Source: an uncultured Gemmatimonadales bacterium
GTDB lineage: Bacteria > Gemmatimonadota > Gemmatimonadetes > Gemmatimonadales > GWC2-71-9
Length of the DNA: 64,000 nucleotides
Assembly (NCBI GenBank): GCA_963730185.1
Contig: CAVSQW010000009.1
Location: 224,001 to 288,000, forward strand
Direction: 5' to 3'
Made by a program: the position numbers and the translations under genes. The notes under the pieces are model-generated. The model saw only the letters and a list, made by a program, of their open reading frames with translations, was not told the origin of the DNA and ran no database searches. Shown here in pieces: positions 17,576-26,317 of the stretch; the first letter of the stretch is position 1, and each line of letters starts with the position of its first letter.

Positions 17576-19119
17576 GGGCGGTAGCCCCACCGGGAGGGGC
17601 CCGGTTCGCGGAGCGGAGCCGCGAGGTTGGCGAACTCCACCACGAGACGGCGGGTGTCTCGCGGGTCGACGATCTCTTCGATCAGGAACGCCTCGGCGGT
17701 CCGGAACGGCGACCGGACTTGGTCCAACAGCGCCTCGATCCGGCGGCGCTCGGCGTCAGGGTCGGGGGCGGCCTCGATCTGGGCCTTGTAGGCGGCCTCG
17801 ACCCCGCCCTCGATGGGTAGGGACCCCCAGTCACCCGATGGCCAGGCGAACCGCCACTTGAAGCGCGAGGCGTTCAGGTGGGCCGCCCCCGCCACGCCGA
17901 AGGCCCGGCGGAGGATCACCGAGCACCACGGCACCCGGGCCTGATAGATCGCCGCCAGGGCCCGCGCCCCGTGCCGGATCGTGCTCTCCTCCTCGGCGTG
18001 ACGCCCGATCACGAAGCCCGGCTGGTCCACCAGGTGAACTACCGGGAGGTGGAAGGTGTCGGCTAGGTCGACGAACCGGACCACCTTGTGGGCCGCATCG
18101 GCGGTCCAACCGCCGCCGTAGTGGTGTGGATCGCCGGCTAGAATCGCGACCGGCCAGCCGTCCAGGCGGGCCAACCCGGTCACGGCGCTCCGACCCCATC
18201 CGGCCCCGAGCTCCAGAAAGGAGCCCCGGTCCGCGATGGCCTCGATGATCGGTCGACTCTGATAGCCGCGGCGTCGGTCGCGGGGGATGGCCGAGATCAG
18301 CCAGTCCTCGCGGCGGTCCGGATCGTCGTCCGGCGGAATCCGAGCGGGAAGGTCATACCCACTGGACGGGAGATACCCCAGGAAACGTTTCGCCAGACCG
18401 AAGGCCGCGTCCTCGGTCTCGACCACGGCATCGACGGTGCCGTTCCGGCCGTGGATCTCGGCCCCGCCCAGTTCCTCCTTCTCTACCCTCCGGCCCGCCC
18501 GGGCCACTACCGGCGGCCCGGCGACGAACACCTGGGCCACGTCGCGGACCATCACGGAGAAGTGGCTCGAGACCAGCCGGGCCGCCCCCAGGCCGGCTAC
18601 CGGACCGAGCCCCAGCGCCACGACCGGGACCGTGGCCAGGTTGGCCACGACGTGCTCCCAGCCGGGCATCTCCGGCACGTAGGTCCGGCCCTCGATCTCG
18701 AGCGTCTTGACGCTGCCCCCCCCACCGGTGCCGTCCAAGAGCCGGACGATCGGGAGCCGGAGCTCACGCGCCATCTGCTCGGCCATCGCCTGCTTCTGCC
18801 AAATGGAGGCGTCGGCCGCGCCGCCCCGAACGGTGAAATCGTCTCCTGAGATCACCGTCGGCCGCCCGTCAATCCGGGCCCGGCCCATCACCAGATTGGT
18901 TGGGGTGAATTCGGTGAGCGCGCCGCCCTCGTCGTAGCCTCCCCGGCCGGCCAGCGCCCCGAGCTCGTGAAAAGAGCCTGGATCGACCAGCCGCTCGATC
19001 CGTTCCCGAACCGTGAGACGACCGGCGGCGTGCTGCTTGGCCACCTTGGCGTCTCCCCCCATCTGCCGGGCCAACTCGATCCGGCGGCGCAGCTCGTCGA
19101 TTTCGGATTCCCAGCTCAA
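17572..19119 (-). CDS. Acyl-CoA carboxylase carboxyltransferase (beta) subunit
   Basis: GRLTVRERI, DDFTVRGGA, EELGG, LVDQPGF, EIVDPRDTR; TTG start 19119 with AAGGA RBS. Confidence 0.88.
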   Translation of the reverse strand: MSWESEIDELRRRIELARQMGGDAKVAKQHAAGRLTVRERIERLVDPGSFHELGALAGRGGYDEGGALTEFTPTNLVMGRARIDGRPTVISGDDFTVRGGAADASIWQKQAMAEQMARELRLPIVRLLDGTGGGGSVKTLEIEGRTYVPEMPGWEHVVANLATVPVVALGLGPVAGLGAARLVSSHFSVMVRDVAQVFVAGPPVVARAGRRVEKEELGGAEIHGRNGTVDAVVETEDAAFGLAKRFLGYLPSSGYDLPARIPPDDDPDRREDWLISAIPRDRRRGYQSRPIIEAIADRGSFLELGAGWGRSAVTGLARLDGWPVAILAGDPHHYGGGWTADAAHKVVRFVDLADTFHLPVVHLVDQPGFVIGRHAEEESTIRHGARALAAIYQARVPWCSVILRRAFGVAGAAHLNASRFKWRFAWPSGDWGSLPIEGGVEAAYKAQIEAAPDPDAERRRIEALLDQVRSPFRTAEAFLIEEIVDPRDTRRLVVEFANLAAPLREPGPSRWGYRP

Positions 19120-19261
19120 GGCGGGGTCCTTTCTTCGGGGTGACGTGCGACCAATGTAGCCCCCGGTGGGGGCCCCGGCAGGGGCAGTGAATCGATCGTT
19201 CGGCCGGCACCGTATATTGGGACTTCGTGCACACTTTCGGATCCAACGAAGGGGTCGACGT

Positions 19262-22200
19262 ATGCGGACCACCTTTTTCACGCTGGCGAGTCTGGCCGTT
19301 GCCGGCCTCCCGTCGCTGGCCCTGGGGCAAGGAACCCGGCTGCTCCGGCAGCCAACCATCAGCGCCGACCGGATCGCCTTCGAGTACGGCGGCGACCTCT
19401 GGATCGCCAACCGGACGGGCGGCGAGGCTCGCCGGCTCACCAGCACGCCCGCGGTGGAGAGCAATCCCTTCCTCTCTCCTGATGGCAAGTGGGTCGCTTT
19501 CACCTCCAACCGGAGCGGCAACGAGGACGTCTACCTCGTCTCGGCGGCGGGCGGCGAACCTCGGCGGCTGACCTGGCATCCGCTCAGTGACGAGGCCCGG
19601 GGCTGGACGCCCGATGGGAAGTCGGTCCTGATCGCCTCCCAGCGAGGGACGGCGCCGATTCCCTACATGCGCCTTTGGACCATGCCCGCCGAGGGCGGCG
19701 TACCGACCCTGGTGCCGGCACCGATGGCCTATCGTGGGAGCTTCGCGCCCGACGGGCGGCGAATCGTCTACGATCGCGCCTCCCGGTGGGACGTGGAGTG
19801 GCGTAACTACCGGGGCGGCCAGAATACACCTCTCACCATTCTCACCCCGGCGACGCTCGACGAGGTCCGGCTCCCCAACGAACGAACCACCGACACCCAG
19901 CCGGTCTGGGTCGGCAACACCATCTTCTTCCTCTCCGACCGCGACTTCGCCACGAACGTGTGGGCCTACGACGTGGCCGGCGGCGCCGTCCGGCAGGTAA
20001 CCCACTTCAACGACGCCGACGTCAAGTCGCTCGCCGCCGGGGCGGGCGACTTGATCATCGAGCAAAACGGCTGGCTCCAGCTGGTCGATCCGGCGAACGG
20101 CACGACCCGCAAAATCGACATCACGGTCCGGGGCGATTTCCCCTGGGCGATGCCGCGGTGGGACGACGTGTCCCGGTCGATCGCGGCGGCCTCGCTGTCG
20201 CCGACCGGCAAGCGGGCGCTCTTTCAGGCTCGGGGCGAGATCTTCACCGTCCCGGTCGACAAGGGCGACAGCCGCAACTTGACCCGGAGCTCCGGCGCCG
20301 ACGATCGCACCCCGGTCTGGTCGCCGGACGGCAAGCAGGTCGCCTGGTTCTCCGACGACGGCTCGGGCTACCGGCTGATGATCGGTGACCAGGACGGCTT
20401 GGAGACCCCCCGGGCGCTCTCGATCGGTGACGCCAAGTTCGCCTACACCTCGGCCTGGTCGCCGGACGGATCGCGGATTGCCTTCGTGGACGACCACGCC
20501 CGGATCCGGGTAATCGAGGTCGCGACCGGCCGGATGACCACCGCCGACGTCGACGGCGCGCTCTGGAACCACGCCGGGATCGCACCGGTCTGGTCGCCCG
20601 ACTCCAAGTGGCTCGCCTACGCGAAGCTCTTCGGCAACCGCTTTCGCCGGATCGTGGTCTGGTCCCTGGCCGACGGCACGACCCACCCGATCACCGACGG
20701 CATGGCCGACGCCGGGAATCCGGTCTGGGACCGGAACGGCCGTTGGCTCTATTTCCTGGCCAGCACCGACTTGGGGCTCGCCAGTGGGTGGGCCAACATC
20801 AGCGGGATCGACCGACACGTCACCCGCGGCGCGTACCTCGCATTGCTGCAGGCGAGCGACTCCACCCCGTTCCCGCCCGAGAGCGACGAGGAGGCCGGTC
20901 GGCCGACCGCGCCGGCCGGGAAGCCGGACTCGGCCCGCCAAGGCACCAAGGATTCGGTGACCGTGCGGATCGACTTCGCCGGCATGGACCGGCGGATCCT
21001 CCCGCTGCAGATGCCGGTCCGGGAGTACGACGATCTGGCCGCCGGCCCGTCCGGCGTGCTCTTCGTGAGCGAGCAGGTCGAGAATCAGCCCGGGGCCACG
21101 CTCCACCGCTACGATCTGAGCAAGCGGAAGGCGGAGCCCTTCCTGGCCGGGGTCCGGAACGTGGCGGTCTCGGCCGACGGCAAGAAGCTGCTGGCCCAGG
21201 TGGGGCGCGGCTGGAGCGTGGTGGGGACCGACGCACCGCCCAAACCCGGCAGCGGAGGGCTCACCGTGGCGCTTCGGGCGCACATCGTCCCGGCGGACGA
21301 GTGGCAGCAGATGTTCGACGAGGCGTGGCGGATGGAGCGCGATTTCTTTTACGACCCCAACACCCACGGCGCCGACTGGAACGCCGTGCGGGAGCGCTAC
21401 CGGCCCCTGGTGCCGTACGTCCGCCACCGGACGGACCTCAACTACGTGTTCGATCAGGTCGGGGGTGAGCTGTCGGTCGGGCACAGCTTCGTCTTTGGTG
21501 GCGACATGCCCGATGTCGACAGTACCCGGGTCGGCATGCTCGGTGCCGATCTCCGGCCCGAGGGGGGCTTCTGGCGGATTACTCGGATCCTCACCGGCGA
21601 GAGCTGGAATCCGGATCTGGCCGCCCCGCTCGACGCGCCCGGACTGCGGGTCGCCGAGGGGAACTATCTCCTGGCCATCGACGGGCGCGATCTCCGCGCC
21701 CCGGAGACGCCCTGGCGCCTGCTGGACGGCACCGCGGGCCGCCAGACGGTGCTCACCTTGAACACCCGGCCGTCCACCGACGGCGCCTGGACCGTCACCG
21801 TCGTGCCGATCCGGAGCGACGTCGGCCTCCGGCAGCGGGCCTGGGTCGAGGACAACCGGCGGGCGGTCGACTCGCTCTCCCACGGGCGGCTGGCGTACGT
21901 GTGGGTGCCCAATACGGGCGGCGGTGGCTACGTGTCCTTCAACCGCTACTTCTTCGCCCAGCAGGACAAGGAGGGCGCGGTGATCGACGAGCGGTTCAAC
22001 GGCGGCGGCCTGCTCGACGATTACATGGTTGACTACATGAGCCGGAAGTTGGTGGGTGGCGTCACCAACGACGCTCCCGGCGGGAAGCCGTTCCACCTGC
22101 CGATCGCCGGAGTGCTGGGGCCGAAGGTCCTGCTTACCAACATGATGGCAGGCTCGGGCGGCGACTTCTTCCCTTGGGTGTTCCACGAGCTTGGGATCGG

Positions 22201-22507
22201 GCCGCTGATCGGGACCCGGACCTGGGGTGGGTTGGTGGCGGCCTGCGTTCCGTACCCGCTCATGGATGGCGGCGCTCTCACCTCGCCATGCAGCGCGGTC
22301 TACAATCCCCGCGGCTGGACCGCCGAGAACGAGGGCGTGCCGCCCGACATCGAGGTCCTGATGGACGCCAAGTCGGTGGCGGCCGGCCGGGATCCCCAGT
22401 TGGAACGGGGCGTCGCCAAGGCCCTCGAGCTGGTGACCGAGCACCCCGTGAACACGCCGCCACCGCCGCCGTTCCCGGTGCGCGCCAAGCGGCCGCCGGG
22501 ACGATAA
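19262..22507 (+). CDS. Tricorn protease homolog (S41; beta-propellers and PDZ), exported
   Basis: Signal peptide, repeated WSPDG (PD40) motifs, ELSVGH, DERFNGGG, AGSGGD, IGTRTWGG, ENEGVPPD. Confidence 0.93.
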   Translation: MRTTFFTLASLAVAGLPSLALGQGTRLLRQPTISADRIAFEYGGDLWIANRTGGEARRLTSTPAVESNPFLSPDGKWVAFTSNRSGNEDVYLVSAAGGEPRRLTWHPLSDEARGWTPDGKSVLIASQRGTAPIPYMRLWTMPAEGGVPTLVPAPMAYRGSFAPDGRRIVYDRASRWDVEWRNYRGGQNTPLTILTPATLDEVRLPNERTTDTQPVWVGNTIFFLSDRDFATNVWAYDVAGGAVRQVTHFNDADVKSLAAGAGDLIIEQNGWLQLVDPANGTTRKIDITVRGDFPWAMPRWDDVSRSIAAASLSPTGKRALFQARGEIFTVPVDKGDSRNLTRSSGADDRTPVWSPDGKQVAWFSDDGSGYRLMIGDQDGLETPRALSIGDAKFAYTSAWSPDGSRIAFVDDHARIRVIEVATGRMTTADVDGALWNHAGIAPVWSPDSKWLAYAKLFGNRFRRIVVWSLADGTTHPITDGMADAGNPVWDRNGRWLYFLASTDLGLASGWANISGIDRHVTRGAYLALLQASDSTPFPPESDEEAGRPTAPAGKPDSARQGTKDSVTVRIDFAGMDRRILPLQMPVREYDDLAAGPSGVLFVSEQVENQPGATLHRYDLSKRKAEPFLAGVRNVAVSADGKKLLAQVGRGWSVVGTDAPPKPGSGGLTVALRAHIVPADEWQQMFDEAWRMERDFFYDPNTHGADWNAVRERYRPLVPYVRHRTDLNYVFDQVGGELSVGHSFVFGGDMPDVDSTRVGMLGADLRPEGGFWRITRILTGESWNPDLAAPLDAPGLRVAEGNYLLAIDGRDLRAPETPWRLLDGTAGRQTVLTLNTRPSTDGAWTVTVVPIRSDVGLRQRAWVEDNRRAVDSLSHGRLAYVWVPNTGGGGYVSFNRYFFAQQDKEGAVIDERFNGGGLLDDYMVDYMSRKLVGGVTNDAPGGKPFHLPIAGVLGPKVLLTNMMAGSGGDFFPWVFHELGIGPLIGTRTWGGLVAACVPYPLMDGGALTSPCSAVYNPRGWTAENEGVPPDIEVLMDAKSVAAGRDPQLERGVAKALELVTEHPVNTPPPPPFPVRAKRPPGR

Positions 22508-22545
22508 GCCCGGTCGCCCGGAGACCCTGACCCGGAGGAGGCAAG

Positions 22546-23133
22546 ATGCGTATCTCTGGACCGCGCCACTGGAGTCCGTTGGCGCTCCTGGTACTGATCG
22601 CGGCGGCGTCCAACCTCTGGGCCCAGGATCCGAGCCGGATTCCCTCCAGCAGTGGAGGATGGGTCTCCCGGTTCGTGAGCGCGGACGTGCTGCTCAGGAT
22701 GCGGGAGCGGCTGACCCAGATCGAGCCGACCGACGTCGCGGCGCCGGTCGACTCGGTCTGGACCGCGCTCAAACCGGCGCTCGAGGGATTGGGGGTCAAG
22801 GTAGCGTTCGAGGACCCGGCCTCGCGCCAGATGGGCAGCCCCCAGATCAAGGTCTTCCGGCGACTCGGCAAGGCCCCGCTGTCGAGCTACCTCCGGTGCG
22901 GCGACGGGATCACGGGGCCCAACGCCGACACCTACGCCGTCTATCTGTCGCTGGTGAGCTTCGTCGAGCCGGGGTCCACCTCCGGCACCGCCCGCCTCTA
23001 CACCCTGGTTTCCGCGCAGGCGGAGGACGTTGCCAACGGGCGGAACGACCTGATGCCGTGCACCTCGGCCGGCACGCTCGAGCGCAAGATCGCCGGTGCC
23101 GTGGAGAAGGAGCTGACGAAGGCCGGCCGTTGA
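22546..23133 (+). CDS. Exported hypothetical protein
   Basis: GGAGG RBS, signal peptide, two Cys, coding-like codon usage. Confidence 0.7.
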   Translation: MRISGPRHWSPLALLVLIAAASNLWAQDPSRIPSSSGGWVSRFVSADVLLRMRERLTQIEPTDVAAPVDSVWTALKPALEGLGVKVAFEDPASRQMGSPQIKVFRRLGKAPLSSYLRCGDGITGPNADTYAVYLSLVSFVEPGSTSGTARLYTLVSAQAEDVANGRNDLMPCTSAGTLERKIAGAVEKELTKAGR

Positions 23134-23285
23134 GTCTGCCCGCGTTAAATGCTGGTGTAAGGTCGGGAGTGATACCCTGGTAGCAGGCGGCACCGCCGGA
23201 CGGGCGCCGCCGGGGTTGCCCGCGAAGTGTTGGGGTGGCTCCGAATCACCAGGAAACGGAGCGAATCGCTCCAGGGAGAGCTCCC

Positions 23286-23624
23286 ATGCGCACTCAACTC
23301 ACTCTCGCGGCCGCGATGTTGGCCCTGAGCCCGGCGCTGGCCTACGCCTCGCCACCTCAGCAGTCCAGTACCCGCGCCACCGTGACCGTTCAGAACGATC
23401 AGAAGGACTCCGTGACCGTCTACGCCCAGCGGGGCGAGGAGGACATCCGTCTCGGCAAGGTTCCCGCCCTCGGGATCGCGACCTTCACCGTGCCCGACTG
23501 GCTGTCGCTCGATCGCTCCGAGATCCAGTTCTTCATCCACCCGAAGGACGGCTTCGATTTGGGCTCCGGCACCGTCGAGGTGTCGCCCGGTGAGCATCTC
23601 GGCCTGATGGTGCGGGGTCGCTGA
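23286..23624 (+). CDS. Small exported beta-rich hypothetical protein
   Basis: GGAG RBS, signal peptide ending ALAYA, TVTVQND...IRLGKV pattern. Confidence 0.7.
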   Translation: MRTQLTLAAAMLALSPALAYASPPQQSSTRATVTVQNDQKDSVTVYAQRGEEDIRLGKVPALGIATFTVPDWLSLDRSEIQFFIHPKDGFDLGSGTVEVSPGEHLGLMVRGR

Positions 23625-23731
23625 CCCCCCGGCCGGACCGCTTCGACGTGAGGAACGGAGCCTCGCCCGCCAGGCCGATCGCAGCCCTGGCGGGCGAGGC
23701 TCTTCGACGCTCCGGGTTCCCGCCGCCCCGG

Positions 23732-25438
23732 CTACTGGACCCTGAAGATCGACACCTGGGGACGGAGCGCCGCCGGAAGCGGCGTCGTGCCCGATGCGGC
23801 GAACTGGATCGTCACGGGCGCCGCCCCGGTCTGGGTCGTCAACCCGTAGAAATCCTCCGACCCCGGAACCAGCGACCCCACCTCGCCGCCGTTCGGGGTG
23901 AACGAATACACCGTGACCGGGAAGGGACTCGGGATGCCGTAGAGCGGGCCGAGGACGTTGTAGACCTGCTGATAGAGTTGCCGCAGGTTCCTGGACTTGA
24001 ATCGATACTGCGGGGGAATCGAGTCGCGAGGCACGCCCGGCAGGCTGTCGGTGTAGAGCGCGACGCCGAAGTGGCCGAGCAGGGTGGCGAGCGACTCGCC
24101 GGTGGCGGCCTCGAGGTTCGCCCGACCGGTCAAGGCGCTCTCGTCGAGCGTCCGGAAGATGCTTTGGCCCCACTGGTCGCCCACGTAGCGCATCAGCAGC
24201 CAATCGCCGGCCCGCCAGTCGAGCCCCAGGTCGGCGTCCGAGTGGAGGGTGAGCGAGACCGTGTCGGGACGGGTCAGGTAGTCGTACGAGTTGGTCAGCT
24301 TGTCCGAGATGAAGACCTCGGCCGAGTCGGGAAAGAGCTGGCCGCTGTTGGTCCGTCCCGATGGCGGCGGATACTTGGTCTCGTAGTATTGCGAGCCCAG
24401 CTCCTCGGCCGCCAGGCTCAGGCCCTCGTCCAGCCACCCCTCCTCCGACTGCCCGTGGTGGATCAGGGCATGCTGGCCGAACGAGATCATGTGCTGCACC
24501 TCGTGCAGGAACACCGCCGGCATCAGAGACTCGACCTCGCCGACGGTATGGGCGCAGCTTACGGTTCCGTTTGGGTCGGGCACGATCGCATAGAAGATCT
24601 CACCGCCGTTGGAGTGCGGGTCGGCGGTGAAGTCCACCCCGTCGAAGAAGCCGGTGACGTAACCTTGCGTCTGACAGGTCGAATCCGGGGTGATCCCGTT
24701 GACGGCGGCGCTCAGGAGCACGACGACGTGGCCGTTGCCGTCGATGTCCGTCGGCGGGCCGAAGGCACCGGCCAGGAGCGGATACATGACCTGATCCATC
24801 TGCTGTCCGAAGCCGGCGAGCTGAGCGTCGCTGAACCCCGGCGAGGGGGCCGCGGTGTCGAGATAGAGATAGACGTTGGTCCCGGCGTATCGGAGCGCGG
24901 CGTTCACGGTGGTGTAGGTGGTCCCGTTGATGTCACCGAGGACCTGGAACGACCTCACGTCGCCCAAGGCGGGCGCGGTGACGGCGGAGGCCGGTCCCCG
25001 ACGGATGGCGAACGCGGCGCTGGTGACCTGGGACGCTCGCTGGCGATCCCGGCTTCGGAGCAGGGCGTCGAGCCGGAGCTGAGGCCCGATCGGTCGGGCC
25101 GCCCGCGTGGACGGGGCCGGCCCGACCGCGAACGGCGTCCCGGTCACCGCTCCCGAAACGTGGAGGGTGTAGGGTTGCGTCGAGTAGGCCACTTGGTCGA
25201 CACCGCCGCTAGCGAGCTCGGGCACGATCAGATAGCTGGCCCCGTCGCCGGGAAGGGTGACGGTGGTTCCGCCGGAGCAGTCGACCGTGGTACCGGTCAA
25301 CGGCGCCAGGTGGACCGTGTCGGTGGCGCAGGCGACGCCGAGGGCTGGAGGAGGAGACGGAGGGGCGGTAGGCGTAGTGCCATTACTGCATGCCGCCGCG
25401 ACGACCAGAGCGGCAAGGAGCGTCGAACGGGAACGCAT
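23732..25438 (-). CDS. Lipoprotein with HExxH zinc-metallopeptidase motif (M30/gluzincin-like)
   Basis: Lipobox AAAC, DIDGNG loop, FLHEVQHMI...WLDEGLS. Confidence 0.7.
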   Translation of the reverse strand: MRSRSTLLAALVVAAACSNGTTPTAPPSPPPALGVACATDTVHLAPLTGTTVDCSGGTTVTLPGDGASYLIVPELASGGVDQVAYSTQPYTLHVSGAVTGTPFAVGPAPSTRAARPIGPQLRLDALLRSRDRQRASQVTSAAFAIRRGPASAVTAPALGDVRSFQVLGDINGTTYTTVNAALRYAGTNVYLYLDTAAPSPGFSDAQLAGFGQQMDQVMYPLLAGAFGPPTDIDGNGHVVVLLSAAVNGITPDSTCQTQGYVTGFFDGVDFTADPHSNGGEIFYAIVPDPNGTVSCAHTVGEVESLMPAVFLHEVQHMISFGQHALIHHGQSEEGWLDEGLSLAAEELGSQYYETKYPPPSGRTNSGQLFPDSAEVFISDKLTNSYDYLTRPDTVSLTLHSDADLGLDWRAGDWLLMRYVGDQWGQSIFRTLDESALTGRANLEAATGESLATLLGHFGVALYTDSLPGVPRDSIPPQYRFKSRNLRQLYQQVYNVLGPLYGIPSPFPVTVYSFTPNGGEVGSLVPGSEDFYGLTTQTGAAPVTIQFAASGTTPLPAALRPQVSIFRVQ

Positions 25439-25536
25439 CGGAGCCTCGGATGGCGAGCTGCTCCCGGACCGGTCCGAGGCCAGTCCTCAGATCGGCCGGG
25501 GGTATTCCGACGACACCCGGCCGGGCGAATACCCCG

Positions 25537-26316
25537 TCAACTGGACTTCGGGGCCGGCGCCCCCGGACCGAACCTGGCGGGGTCGGCCGGAGGATTCACT
25601 TCGACCGACTGGAAGTCGGTCGCCCCGGTGGGCATCCCGCCCGCCGTGCTCTCTTCATGGAACGGGAACTTCACGCCGTTCACGTCCCGGAAGTCGGAGT
25701 ATACCGTTTCGAAGACGGTGTGCACGCTGCCGGAAACCAGCAGGGTCTGTGCTCGGCTGATCAGGTTGGTGGTCGGGTCGAGAAAGATCCGCATCGACCG
25801 GCCGCCGCCCAGCTTGAGCTCGAACCCGGGGAGCGATTTGCCGTCGGCCTCCATCGGCTCGACCGGGACCGCGTCGGCGCCGCGCTTCTCCAGGAGCCAG
25901 GGGAGATCGGCCCGGGCGGCTTGGAGCACCATCGAGCTGAGGAGGGCTCCCTGAACCGGGACGATGTCACCGGTCGGTGTGGCTCCCCACCCCACGGTGT
26001 CGGTCACGATCCGGATCTCGGCATGATCGGGGTAGGCGATCTCCACCCGGAGCGAGTCCGGCCGGGCGAAGGTTCGGACCGTCTTCACGTCGGCGTGTCG
26101 CATTGTCGCGTGGAGCGTGCCCGTCATCCGATAGGAGTGGACCGCCGCGCGCGCCTCGGGGGTGCCATAGGCGGCCAGCACCTGGTCGAGCTGCTGCTGA
26201 TGGATCGAGGCCACCGGTCGATCGGTGGACTTGCCGCACCCCGCCCCGCCGAGCAGGACGGCGAGGGCGGCGAGGGTCGGGGAGCGGGGACTGAAGGCGA
26301 ATCGCGAACGGATCAC
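25537..26316 (-). CDS. Hypothetical lipoprotein (possibly LolA-like fold)
   Basis: Lipobox GAGC; C-terminal YSDFRDVNGVKFPF pattern. Confidence 0.65.
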   Translation of the reverse strand: MIRSRFAFSPRSPTLAALAVLLGGAGCGKSTDRPVASIHQQQLDQVLAAYGTPEARAAVHSYRMTGTLHATMRHADVKTVRTFARPDSLRVEIAYPDHAEIRIVTDTVGWGATPTGDIVPVQGALLSSMVLQAARADLPWLLEKRGADAVPVEPMEADGKSLPGFELKLGGGRSMRIFLDPTTNLISRAQTLLVSGSVHTVFETVYSDFRDVNGVKFPFHEESTAGGMPTGATDFQSVEVNPPADPARFGPGAPAPKSS

Positions 26317-26317
26317 G

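Noticed and set aside
18869..22444. 1191-aa minus-strand ORF
   Set aside because: Antisense shadow of the tricorn gene; no motifs; expected from high-GC codon bias.
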